NCBI GenBank assembly: GCA_963665845.2 | Contig: OY762492.1 | Span: 288,001 to 352,000, forward strand | DNA length: 64,000 nt | Source of the DNA: Candidatus Poribacteria bacterium | Lineage (GTDB): Bacteria > Poribacteria > WGA-4E > GCA-2687025 | Direction of reading: 5' to 3' | Shown here: positions 48,877 to 58,421 of the stretch, one piece after another | How the letters are laid out: every line of letters begins with the position of its first letter | Position numbering within the stretch: position 1 is the first letter of the stretch | Program-made: the position numbers and the translations under genes | The notes under the pieces: model-generated | The model's database searches: none | What the model was told of the DNA's origin: nothing | What the model saw: the letters and a program-made list of their open reading frames with translations, nothing else

Positions 48877-48930
48877 AACGAGGCGCGCAGCCGATTCGTT
48901 ATTGCAATGCGGAGCGCCATGCGGTAACAT
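48860..48930 (+). promoter_or_regulatory. 70-bp repeat copy 2 carrying a putative sigma70 promoter
   Basis: TTGCAA(48902)-17 bp-TAACAT(48925). Confidence 0.7.
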
Positions 48931-48974
48931 AGATTTTCATGGAGCGGCGTTTCAGTCCATTTTGGAGAACGGAC

Positions 48975-51900
48975 ATGGCAGACACGAGAACGAACACAGC
49001 GCGGCGGACAGCAAGCATTTTCACGATACTTTTGGCGGCAACATTCTTACTCGTCAGCGGAAGGGCGCAAGGGCAGACCGGGGCTCCGTCTTACCCATTG
49101 ACATTGACAGGGCATGCAAACAATGTCAATTCGGTCGCATGGTCGCCGGACGGAACGAAGATCGTCAGCGGCAGCAACGACAACAAGATCAAGATCTGGA
49201 ACGCCGCCACCGGCGCGCTCATCCGAACGCTGACAATGCATACAGACAATGTCAATTCGGTTGCGTTCAACCATGACGGCACAAGAATCGCCAGCGGCAG
49301 CGACGATGACGATGTCAAGGTCTGGAACGTCTCCGACGGCTCCGTCGCCAACACGGAGACAGGGCATAGCGGCGATGTTACTTCTGTCGCGTTCAACCAT
49401 GACGGAACGGTGATCGCGAGCGGCAGCAAAGACGACTCTATCAAGCTTTGGAATCTCACCGTCTCTATTACAAACACATATAATTATAACGATGACGTTG
49501 CGGATTTTTTATCCGTCGCGTTCAACCATGACGGGACGAGACTCGCCTTCGGGAACGCCAACAACTCCCTCAGAATCGAGAGAATCGAGGGAGGTAGAGC
49601 CCCTTACAACGTTTTACATACGCTGTCAGCGAATACGGTCGCTTCTGTGGCGTACAACCATGACGGAACGCGGCTGGTTAGCGGCAGCGCCGGCACAGGC
49701 GCCGCCAATCAAACGGTCAAGATCTGGGATATGTCGGCAACTACGCCGACCGCCTTGCATACGCTGACGCATGGGAGTGCCGTTAATTCGGTCGCCTTTT
49801 CGCCGGACGGAACGCTGATCGCCAGCGGCGGCGACGACGACACGATCAAGGTGTGGCATGCCGCCAGCGGCGCGCTCATCAAAACGCTGACAGAGTCTAC
49901 GGACAATGTCAATTCGGTCGCCTTTTCGCCGGACGGGACGAAGATCGCCAGCGGCAGCGACGACAACGCCATCAGGATCTGGAAAACCCCCTTGCCGACC
50001 GACCCGCATTCAGGCGATGTCCTTTCGGTTGCATGGTCGCCGGACGGGACGAAGCTGGTCACCGGAAGCGCCGACAACACGGTCAAGATCTGGACCGACA
50101 CAACCGCCCCTGTCAAGACGCTGTACGGCCATACCGGCGCTGTCTATTCGGCCGCGTTCAACGATGACGGAACGAGAATTGCCAGCGGCAGCGGCGACAA
50201 CTCCATCCATATCTGGAACGCTTCCACCGGGGCGCTTGACTTCGACGGGCCGGCGGGCAGCTATGCGATCAACTCTGTAGCGTGGCGGTCGGACAAAACG
50301 ACGAACGTAACGGCCGTCATCAGCGCGAACGGCAACCTCGACGTTGCGTTCTGGAACGCCTCCACCGGCTTGTCTGTCCGCGCAGGGCTGACTGGAGCGG
50401 GCTATGAAGCGACGCTCAACCATGACAAAACGCAATTCGCCGGCTCCGTCGTAAACGGCATTAAGATCTGGAATATACCTGCGGATTTAGCCACAGCCGC
50501 GCCCACACAACAGGGCAGCGATCTGTCGGTGAACGCCGTTAGCCATACGGCGTTCAATCATGACGGAACGCGGCTTGTCAGCGGAAGCTCCGGCACAGAC
50601 GCCGCAAACCAAAAGGTCAAGATCTGGGATATTTCATCTACGCCCTTCGTCTTGCATGATCTAGTGCATGGGGGTATAGTGTTTGCGGTCGACTTTTCGC
50701 CGGACGGGACGAAGGTTGCCAGCGGCGGCGCCGACAGCAACATCAAGATCTGGAACGCCGCCGACGGGACGCTCATCCGAACGATCGATGGTCATACAGC
50801 GGCTGTCAATTCGGTCGCCTTTTCGCCGGACGGAACGAAGCTCGCCAGCGGCTCCGATGACGATACGGTTCGCCTGTGGAACGTAGCGACCGGGGAGCAG
50901 ATTGCCGAGCCGCTCAGCCCGACCGAGCCGCCTGTCGTCATTGACCCGTATCGTACCAACATCGAATCGCTCCGCTTTTCCGCCGATTTAACGAAGCTGA
51001 TCACCGCGCGCCTCGCTGGGTATGCGGACATCTGGAATCTGGATCTGACAAAGAAAACCGCCGTCTTGTCGAAGCCGTTGAAGCAGGGGCAGCACTGGGT
51101 GTTGGACGCCGATCTGTCCCCCGACGGCAAGCAGATTGTCAGCGCCGGCTCGAATATCGTCCTCCAGATTTCGGACGCCGAAACCGGCCTGATTGCCCAT
51201 ACGCTCAAGGGTCATACCGACTGGACGACCGCCGCCGCTTATTCTCCCGACGGCAGCCTGATCGCCAGCGGCTCTCAAGACAAAACGGCGCGCCTTTGGA
51301 ACGCCAAGACCGGCGCCCTTGTTCATACGCTGGAGGGTCATACCGGTACCGTCGGCGCCGTCGTCTTCTCCTCTGACGGCGCCTTGCTGGCGACCGTCTC
51401 TGAAGACAACACGGCTCGCGTCTGGAATGTGTCGACCGGCGCGCTTGTCCATACGTTGACGGGGCATACCGCCGCTGTCGGCTCCGCCGCCTTCTCTCCC
51501 GCCGGCAATATGTTGGCGACCGTGTCGGACGATGGAACGGCGCGCTTATATAACGTATCGACGGGCGCGCTTGTCCATACGTTGGAAGGGCATACCGGCG
51601 CGGCGACCGCGGTTGTCTTTTCGCCGAGCGGCGCTTCGCTCGTCACGGGCGACGACGGCGGGACGCGGCGCGTCTGGAGCGTCGGGACGGGCGAACTTCA
51701 AACGACATTAGGAGAGGCAACCGACCCGATCACTACAGGCTTCCTGACCGATCCCGGCAATAGCCGGCACCGCGGCTCCGTCCGCGCTTTGACGTTCACG
51801 GCGGACGGCAAAACGCTCATCAGCTGCGGCTCCTGGGTGGACGTCTTAATGCAGGAGCTGGAGATTGGCGATCCGCCGACCGTGACGATAACAGGTCCGA

Positions 51901-54218
51901 CCGACTCGGTCGACGCCGCCTTTGACGCGACAATCACCTTCAGCAAGGCGGTGACCGGCTTCGAGGCGTCCGATATTACGGTAACGAACGGCTCCGTCTC
52001 CTCCTTGACCGGCAGCGGCGCGGTCTACACGGCGGCGATCGCTTTGACGCCGCTTTTCGAGGGTACGGTCAGCGTTTCTGTGCCGGCAGGCGCCGCTCAA
52101 AGCGCCGACAAGGAAGACAGCCTCGCCGCCTCGTTTGAAGCGGCGGTCGATCTCGGCGATCCAACCGCGAACATCACAGGTCCGGAGGGTCCGATCGGCA
52201 CAGGCGCGTTTGAGATTACGATCGCCTTCAATCAGAACGTGACAGGGCTTGAGGCGTCCGACTTCGCCGTCACGGGAGGAACCGCCGCTGAACCGACAGG
52301 CTCTGGCGCCGCGTACGCCGCCTCGATAACGCCGTCATCGGACGCGGATAAAGTGACCGTGTCGCTGCCCGCGGGCGCCGTCCAGAACGCGGACGGCGAC
52401 ATGAACGAAGCCTCCAACACTTATGAAATCGCCATCGACAGCGACAGCCCAACCGTTGCCGTTACAGGTCCGAAGGGTCCGGTCAACGGCGATTCGTTTG
52501 ACGTTTCGGTCGAATTCAGCGAAGAGGTAACAGGTTTCGATGCCGATGACGTCTCGGTCGAGGGCGGAACCGCCGCCTCGGTCGACGGCAGCGGCATGTC
52601 GTATACGGTCTCGATAGACCCAGAGGATGACTTCGAAGGCGCGCTGACCGTCTCCATCCCCGCCGACGCCGCGAACGACAGCGCCGACAACGGCTCTCAA
52701 GCTTCCAGCGTCTATTCGGTTGAAGTTGACCAAACGGCGCCGACCGTTTCTATCGAGGGTCCAAGCGGACCGCTCGGTCCCGCGCCGTTGAATTTGACAA
52801 TAACGTTCAGCGAGTCGGTCAGCGGCTTTTCGTCGTCCGATGTTGCCGTAGTCGGCGGCTCGGCGAAGGCGTCCGGCAACGGGATGGATTACACCGCCGA
52901 GATCACGCCCGCCGATGATTTCCAGGGTATGTTGACGGTGTCGATTGGCGCCGATGCCGCGCAAGATTCCGCCGGCAACGGAAACGCCGCTTCCGACGCC
53001 TACTCGGTCGAGATCGTGCGCTCAACATCCTTCACCGTGAACCTGCGACAGGGTCTCAACATGCTGCATGTGCCTGTGAACGACGCGCGGGCGGAGCGTT
53101 TGAGCGGCTTATATAACGTATTGGGCGGTTTTCAAGACGTTGAGTTCCTTTTGGCGTATTCGTATGAGTCGGGACGTTTCATCGCCTATGTGGACAGCCT
53201 CGCCGGTTCCAGTTCCGATCTTCGGTTGGACGATGGAACCGCCGTCGTCGCTTCCATGAGAAATGCGAAGGCGGTTACGTTCACGGGCGGCCTTTTATCG
53301 CCTGAAGTTCCGCTGCGCGTCGGCATCAACCTGATTGGCGCCACCCGCTCCAGCGCCATTGAGACAATCGGCGATCTAGCGGCGCTTTCAACGGATTCGC
53401 TGCTCGTTCTCGCTCTTCAGGTGGACGATGCCGGCAACGCCCTCTTCGCAGACTCGACCGACTCAACCGCCGCGGCAAAAGGCGCCGAGGGTTATATCGT
53501 CTTCGCGGAAGCCGAAACGGTTTTGACCTTCGATGGCGGCGCATGGAAAAACGACGCTGCATCAACCGCCGCGCCTTTAGCAGCGTACGATCCGTCTTCG
53601 ACGCCGCTTCTCGTGGTGGAGGGTTCTATCGCGCGGGAGGACAATCTTTCCCCGCTGAACGGCTTGGAGGTTTCCATTACGAACCTGCAGACTGGACAGA
53701 CCGCGTCTGACTTGGCGGGTAGATCGTCCGTTTCGGGCCGTTTCTCCCTGCCGCTCTTGGCGTTGACAGGCGACAGCTACGCCGTCGGCGACGCCTTCGA
53801 CCTGCGCGTTTCCGATTCCAGCGGGGCGTTCGGCGGCGTCCGGACGGTTCGCATCGTACTGGATAAAGAGACCGCCTCATCGGGGCGCATCGACATCGGC
53901 CAGCTGCTGGCAACCGCCGTGCCGACCGAGTCGTCTCTCTTGCCGAATTACCCAAACCCGTTCAACCCAGAGACCTGGATACCGTTCGATCTGTCCGAGG
54001 CGAGCCGCGTGACGATAACGATCTACAACGCGGCGGGTCAAACGGTTCGCGCGCTGGAGTTGGGGCAGTTGCCGGCGGGCGCCTACCGCAGCCGGTCCAA
54101 AGCTGCCCACTGGGACGGACGCAACGCCCTCGGCGAACCAGCCGCCAGCGGCATATACTATGTCCGCATAGAGGCGGGGTCGTTTTCAGCGCTGCGGCGC
54201 ATGGTCGTCTTGAAGTAG
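48975..54218 (+). CDS. large secreted protein: 21 WD40 repeats, 4 Ig-like repeats, C-terminal FlgD-Ig/T9SS type A-like domain
   Basis: Signal peptide; GH..VNSVAFSPDG..ASGS.D..IKIW repeats; PTV.I.GP..FS..V.GF...D x4; LLPNYPNPFNPETWIPFDL..WDGRN..GE..ASGIYY; start 48975 (RBS GGAG) preferred over 48939. Confidence 0.92.
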   Translation: MADTRTNTARRTASIFTILLAATFLLVSGRAQGQTGAPSYPLTLTGHANNVNSVAWSPDGTKIVSGSNDNKIKIWNAATGALIRTLTMHTDNVNSVAFNHDGTRIASGSDDDDVKVWNVSDGSVANTETGHSGDVTSVAFNHDGTVIASGSKDDSIKLWNLTVSITNTYNYNDDVADFLSVAFNHDGTRLAFGNANNSLRIERIEGGRAPYNVLHTLSANTVASVAYNHDGTRLVSGSAGTGAANQTVKIWDMSATTPTALHTLTHGSAVNSVAFSPDGTLIASGGDDDTIKVWHAASGALIKTLTESTDNVNSVAFSPDGTKIASGSDDNAIRIWKTPLPTDPHSGDVLSVAWSPDGTKLVTGSADNTVKIWTDTTAPVKTLYGHTGAVYSAAFNDDGTRIASGSGDNSIHIWNASTGALDFDGPAGSYAINSVAWRSDKTTNVTAVISANGNLDVAFWNASTGLSVRAGLTGAGYEATLNHDKTQFAGSVVNGIKIWNIPADLATAAPTQQGSDLSVNAVSHTAFNHDGTRLVSGSSGTDAANQKVKIWDISSTPFVLHDLVHGGIVFAVDFSPDGTKVASGGADSNIKIWNAADGTLIRTIDGHTAAVNSVAFSPDGTKLASGSDDDTVRLWNVATGEQIAEPLSPTEPPVVIDPYRTNIESLRFSADLTKLITARLAGYADIWNLDLTKKTAVLSKPLKQGQHWVLDADLSPDGKQIVSAGSNIVLQISDAETGLIAHTLKGHTDWTTAAAYSPDGSLIASGSQDKTARLWNAKTGALVHTLEGHTGTVGAVVFSSDGALLATVSEDNTARVWNVSTGALVHTLTGHTAAVGSAAFSPAGNMLATVSDDGTARLYNVSTGALVHTLEGHTGAATAVVFSPSGASLVTGDDGGTRRVWSVGTGELQTTLGEATDPITTGFLTDPGNSRHRGSVRALTFTADGKTLISCGSWVDVLMQELEIGDPPTVTITGPTDSVDAAFDATITFSKAVTGFEASDITVTNGSVSSLTGSGAVYTAAIALTPLFEGTVSVSVPAGAAQSADKEDSLAASFEAAVDLGDPTANITGPEGPIGTGAFEITIAFNQNVTGLEASDFAVTGGTAAEPTGSGAAYAASITPSSDADKVTVSLPAGAVQNADGDMNEASNTYEIAIDSDSPTVAVTGPKGPVNGDSFDVSVEFSEEVTGFDADDVSVEGGTAASVDGSGMSYTVSIDPEDDFEGALTVSIPADAANDSADNGSQASSVYSVEVDQTAPTVSIEGPSGPLGPAPLNLTITFSESVSGFSSSDVAVVGGSAKASGNGMDYTAEITPADDFQGMLTVSIGADAAQDSAGNGNAASDAYSVEIVRSTSFTVNLRQGLNMLHVPVNDARAERLSGLYNVLGGFQDVEFLLAYSYESGRFIAYVDSLAGSSSDLRLDDGTAVVASMRNAKAVTFTGGLLSPEVPLRVGINLIGATRSSAIETIGDLAALSTDSLLVLALQVDDAGNALFADSTDSTAAAKGAEGYIVFAEAETVLTFDGGAWKNDAASTAAPLAAYDPSSTPLLVVEGSIAREDNLSPLNGLEVSITNLQTGQTASDLAGRSSVSGRFSLPLLALTGDSYAVGDAFDLRVSDSSGAFGGVRTVRIVLDKETASSGRIDIGQLLATAVPTESSLLPNYPNPFNPETWIPFDLSEASRVTITIYNAAGQTVRALELGQLPAGAYRSRSKAAHWDGRNALGEPAASGIYYVRIEAGSFSALRRMVVLK

Positions 54219-54230
54219 GGAAGGCGTCAG

Positions 54231-54830
54231 ATGAACGCAATCGCGCAACTGCCAGACGGGGCGGAGGGGTTCATTCGCCCCGTCGGGTATATGGCGAAAC
54301 GAATCAAAGCGGCTGACATGCTGGAGCCTGAGCATATCCGCGAAATCTATTCGGTGAGCAGCCACATCTCGCCGTATTTCATGAAGAACCGCTTTCGTCT
54401 CAAAGAGCCGAACGCCTACTGGCTTTTCAATTCGCCGATGGAGATACAGGCGGCGGCGGAGAACGACGGCGTCAACCTTGAAGGCGCGGCGGCTTTGTAT
54501 TATGAGGCATACTCGCGCGAGTTTCTTGAAGGCGCATGCGTCTGGCAAAACACCAAGACGAACTGGGACGGCTTGAACCGTATCGCGCCGCCGATAGAGC
54601 CTGTTTTCCGCGGCATTGACGCCGTCACCTACTGCGGCGGTTTCGATGCCGAATGTTCCCCGCTCTCATGCAATTACATGGCGCATGAGACGCCCGACGC
54701 GGTGAACGCCCACTGCCTTTTCGATACATTTGAAGCGGCGGTTGAGAATCTTGAAAAGGAACGGATCATCGGGGAGCCTGGGCCGTATCGGCTGCTAGCG
54801 GTCTATACGGTCAGCGCGCCTTGGGAATAA
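54231..54830 (+). CDS. hypothetical protein with conserved-looking Cys motifs
   Basis: PVGYMAKR, IYSVS, ECSPLSCN, NAHCL, EPGPYR; RBS-like GGAAGG. Confidence 0.65.
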   Translation: MNAIAQLPDGAEGFIRPVGYMAKRIKAADMLEPEHIREIYSVSSHISPYFMKNRFRLKEPNAYWLFNSPMEIQAAAENDGVNLEGAAALYYEAYSREFLEGACVWQNTKTNWDGLNRIAPPIEPVFRGIDAVTYCGGFDAECSPLSCNYMAHETPDAVNAHCLFDTFEAAVENLEKERIIGEPGPYRLLAVYTVSAPWE

Positions 54831-54890
54831 TGGATAATTCGGCAGATTTAGCGTATCTTTAAAAAAGAACGCTCACTCTGGGACGACAGC

Positions 54891-55877
54891 ATGGCATCTC
54901 CGCCGCGCGGCAAAATAGAGAACGCGCTCATCGTAACGCATTACGATCTGGACGGGTTTGTGTGCGCGCTGTCGCTCATCGAGGCGTTTCATCTGGGGGT
55001 CGGCCGCGTTCTGTTTTTGAGTTACGGCGCGCATCGGTCCAGCATGATCGAAAGCGCCGTCCAAAAAACGAACGCCGAGTCGGTCTTCGTGTGCGACATC
55101 GGGCTGTCGGACGACGACCTGGAGGCGGACTGGGCGACGGACCCGACTCTCTACCGCGTTCTGTTTGATCATCACCGCTCCACGCTGGACCTGAACCTAG
55201 ACTGCTTCGACGAGGTCTATGTGGACGCTTCGGGCGATGTATGCTCCTCGGATTTGGTATTTCAGTATCTACGGCGGCGCCTACCCGCGCACCTTGAAGA
55301 GAAGCTGCGTCAATGGACGGCGCTGGCGCATGACCGCGACCTCTGGATCAACCAAGACCGCGAGATGGGGCAGCGCGTTTCTTGGCTGTTGAAAGACCGC
55401 ATCCATCAGCGTCTCGAAACGGCTCTGACCGCCGCCGCCCCCGCCGAGTTTCTAAAACGGCTGCATGGAAAATGGAAGCGCGGGGAGGAGCTGTTTGCGG
55501 ACGCCGCCGCCTGCGCGAAGAACACGGCGCATCTGTTTGAGGACGGCGCCGTCCCTGTCAAGATTGCCTATGTGAAACGCGACACGTCGGATGTGGCGGA
55601 AGAGCTGCAGGAGGGCGGGCAGCTGATTGTGCTGCTGAACCTGTTTGGGCGGCATATCGGGGTGAGCCTGCGCGCCGACAGGAAGGATATTGACGCGGCG
55701 GAGATTGCGCAGCGCTGCTTTGGCGGCGGCGGCCACCGCTCGGCGGCGGCGGGCTTTCTCGACACGCGCCATCTTCTAGGCGGATACCGCGCCGTCTATG
55801 AGACGATCCTGCCGGTTCTAGAGGAGCAGCTGAAGTCGGGCGCCGCGTCCGATTCCCCCCTTGAAAAGGGGGGCTAG
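54891..55877 (+). CDS. DHH/DHHA1 family phosphoesterase
   Basis: THYDLDG, CDIG, FDHH, SLR, GGGGHRSAA. Confidence 0.85.
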   Translation: MASPPRGKIENALIVTHYDLDGFVCALSLIEAFHLGVGRVLFLSYGAHRSSMIESAVQKTNAESVFVCDIGLSDDDLEADWATDPTLYRVLFDHHRSTLDLNLDCFDEVYVDASGDVCSSDLVFQYLRRRLPAHLEEKLRQWTALAHDRDLWINQDREMGQRVSWLLKDRIHQRLETALTAAAPAEFLKRLHGKWKRGEELFADAAACAKNTAHLFEDGAVPVKIAYVKRDTSDVAEELQEGGQLIVLLNLFGRHIGVSLRADRKDIDAAEIAQRCFGGGGHRSAAAGFLDTRHLLGGYRAVYETILPVLEEQLKSGAASDSPLEKGG

Positions 55878-55966
55878 GGGGGTTTAAAGAACAGGCGTGT
55901 CGGCTGCGATGCCTTAAGATTCCCGTTTTCACGGGAATGCATGTCCTCGCGGAAGCGGGGAACGAC
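55854..55966. repeat. CCCCCTTGAAAAGGGGG hairpin plus nested GATTCCC..GGGAAT palindrome
   Basis: Matches 19798-19831 and the reverse complement of about 37346-37380. Confidence 0.8.
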
Positions 55967-55983
55967 GGGCGGCGCGGACGCTC

Positions 55984-56790
55984 TTAAATTGTGGTCGCCA
56001 AAAAACCGCCGTCGACGCGAATATCGGCTCCTGTAACAAACGAACTTGCATTTTCAGAGGCGAGAAAGATCGCCGCGCCAACCAGCTCGTCGGGGCTGCC
56101 AAAGCGTCCGGCGGGCGTATGCCCCAGGATTTGCGCGGCGCGTTCGGTCGGCGTTCCGTCCTCGTTGTAAAGCAGCCGCCGGTTCTGCTCGGCGGGGAAA
56201 AAGCCAGGGGTGATCGAGTTGACGCGGACGCCTTTGGACGCCCACTCGCGCGCCAGAAACTGCGTCAAGCTCAAAACAGCCGCTTTTGCGGACGAATACG
56301 CCGCGACGCGCGACAACGGAATATGCGCAGCGACCGAGGCGATGTTGACAATGCTGCCCCGCCCCGCCCGAACCATAGCGGCGCCGTACTCGCGGCATGG
56401 GTAGTAAATGCCGCCGCAGTAGTTGAGCGTCATGACGGCGTTCCATTCGTCCGTATCGACCGCTTCAAACGGGTTCTCTGGGGTGACGGTCGCTTCGGGT
56501 CGGTTGCCGCCGGCGGCGTTGACCAGTATGGTCGGCTCTCCAAGCAGCGCGGTCGTTTTATCGCGCGACTCTCGGACGCTTTCAGGGTTGACGGCGTCGC
56601 AGAAGACAAAGGCGGCGTTTCCGCCCGCGCGTTCGATTTCGCGGACGCGCTCCATCCCTGCCTCTTCGCGCCGCCCAAGAATCGCCGCCGAGGCGCCCGC
56701 TTCCGCCAACCCGACCGCAATCCGACCGCCCAAGACGCCCGTTGCGCCGATGACGACCGCCGTTTCTCCGCTTAGATCAAATCTGCTCAT
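55984..56790 (-). CDS. short-chain dehydrogenase/reductase (D-mannonate oxidoreductase-like)
   Basis: GATGVLG, NAAGGN, YSSAK, PGFFPAEQNR, VDGGF. Confidence 0.9.
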   Translation of the reverse strand: MSRFDLSGETAVVIGATGVLGGRIAVGLAEAGASAAILGRREEAGMERVREIERAGGNAAFVFCDAVNPESVRESRDKTTALLGEPTILVNAAGGNRPEATVTPENPFEAVDTDEWNAVMTLNYCGGIYYPCREYGAAMVRAGRGSIVNIASVAAHIPLSRVAAYSSAKAAVLSLTQFLAREWASKGVRVNSITPGFFPAEQNRRLLYNEDGTPTERAAQILGHTPAGRFGSPDELVGAAIFLASENASSFVTGADIRVDGGFLATTI

Positions 56791-56853
56791 GATGGCATCC
56801 CTTTCAATTTCGCAAAGCGTTCTTGTTGCCATGCCTATTTTACTCTGCGGCGG

Positions 56854-57621
56854 TCAAAGGTCAAACAGGCGCATCTGCGCAGTCCACTGACTCACGCGCG
56901 CTTCCGCCAGCGCGCAGTATCCCTCGTCAATCTCAATGCCGACGCCGAAACGGTTGTTGGAGACCGCCGCTACGAGAGTCGTCCCGCTGCCCATGAACGG
57001 ATCCAGAACCGTATCGCCGACAAAGCTGAACAGCTTGACGCACCGCCTCGGCAACTCCACCGGAAACGGAGCGGGATGCCCGATCCGCTTTTTGCTTTCG
57101 CCGGGGAATGTCCAAACCCCGTTCGTCCATTCCATAAACTCCTCTTTGCTCATGTCCGATTCGCCGCTTCCGCCCGTCTTTTTCCACCGTTCTTTATAGA
57201 GAACGGCAATCAGCTCCACCGGCGCAATCACATACGGCGCCGACGCGCGCATCCATGAACCCCATGCCGTCCGCTTTGAGATGTTGCCCTCGTTCCAGAT
57301 GATGACGGCATGGTACTGGAAACCGACGCTGATCGCCAACGTTATCAGATCGGGACCGACAGGCCGCTGCCCGCCCTTGTTGATGTCCAGCGGGATGTTG
57401 AGGCAAAAGCGCCCGTCCGGCTTCAGCCAATCCAGGCAGCGCAAAAACCATTTTTTAGAAAAATGGAGATAATCTTCGTAGGAGAGTTCGTCTTCATTCG
57501 AGTCGTATTCGATGCCGACATTGTACGGCGGCGATGTGACGATCAGGTCGATGCTGCCGTCCTCAATCGCCTGCGTTTTCAGGATGTCGTCGTTGATGAT
57601 CCAAAACCGTTTGTTATCCAT
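56854..57621 (-). CDS. site-specific DNA methyltransferase, N4-C/N6-A beta class
   Basis: DLIVTSPPY precedes HPAPFP..VLDPFMGSGTT. Confidence 0.92.
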   Translation of the reverse strand: MDNKRFWIINDDILKTQAIEDGSIDLIVTSPPYNVGIEYDSNEDELSYEDYLHFSKKWFLRCLDWLKPDGRFCLNIPLDINKGGQRPVGPDLITLAISVGFQYHAVIIWNEGNISKRTAWGSWMRASAPYVIAPVELIAVLYKERWKKTGGSGESDMSKEEFMEWTNGVWTFPGESKKRIGHPAPFPVELPRRCVKLFSFVGDTVLDPFMGSGTTLVAAVSNNRFGVGIEIDEGYCALAEARVSQWTAQMRLFDL

Positions 57622-57648
57622 GCTTGCATTCCTCTGCCTATGCATGCC

Positions 57649-57677
57649 GGTATAGGACGTTTGGGCATGGATGTCAA
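57649..57677 (-). promoter_or_regulatory. putative internal promoter of the beta-class MTase
   Basis: TTGACA-17 bp-TATACC in the 116-bp gap after the REase gene. Confidence 0.55.
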
Positions 57678-57737
57678 TTGGAAAATGAACGGCTTGAATC
57701 GCCGCAGCGCGCGTTACGTTCATCGCGGCATTTCGCC

Positions 57738-58415
57738 TCAACTTTCTGACGACCGCTTCAGATCCGCGATGAAATGCTCAAAAAGTTTCACTTTGCCGCT
57801 TTGTTCAAAGTCGGCGTCTGTCAGGACGTAGGTGCAGTCCAGCTCCGTTTCCACAATCGCTCTTCCTTTTTTCGGAACGTCGGCGGCTTTGAACGCGCCG
57901 TCTTCGTCGGGCGTGACAAAATAAACCTTGATATGCTCAGTGGCTTCGTCCGCCAGCAATTTCAGTTTCCAGTATCCTGTCTGGGCAATCCGCTCGCGCA
58001 GCGTGATTTTGCTTGAAATGACCGCAACGACCTGCAGCGTCTCCGGCTTATAGACCGCGATATCCACATCGGGCAAATGCAGCCCAAATTCGCCGTAGTC
58101 GATCGCTAAATTGCGTTTTACGGTACTCAACTCCTTGGATAAATTCTTACTGCGTTCCAGGCTGTTCCCGTTGACCACTTTCATCCCAAGCTGCTCTATC
58201 GATTCGGTGATGATCCGCTGGATCAGCTTCTCAAAGTTTTTCCCTTTGAACGCCTTCCAGCTCTGCTCATGATCCCCGTCAGGCTTCTTTTCAAGAAAAT
58301 CCCTGCGGTGGCGGTCTTTTGCGTCTTTCAGAAGTTGCGAGATATGCTTGTAGGAATCGTTCCCGTATTCTTGATGCAATTCGGCATACATTTCCCATAA
58401 ATCGTCAAACGTCAT
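57738..58415 (-). CDS. Type II restriction endonuclease, BsaWI / CCGG-family-like
   Basis: QSWKAFKGKNFE, LPDVD, ISSKITLRER; lies between two MTases. Confidence 0.75.
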   Translation of the reverse strand: MTFDDLWEMYAELHQEYGNDSYKHISQLLKDAKDRHRRDFLEKKPDGDHEQSWKAFKGKNFEKLIQRIITESIEQLGMKVVNGNSLERSKNLSKELSTVKRNLAIDYGEFGLHLPDVDIAVYKPETLQVVAVISSKITLRERIAQTGYWKLKLLADEATEHIKVYFVTPDEDGAFKAADVPKKGRAIVETELDCTYVLTDADFEQSGKVKLFEHFIADLKRSSES

Positions 58416-58421
58416 GCCCGA

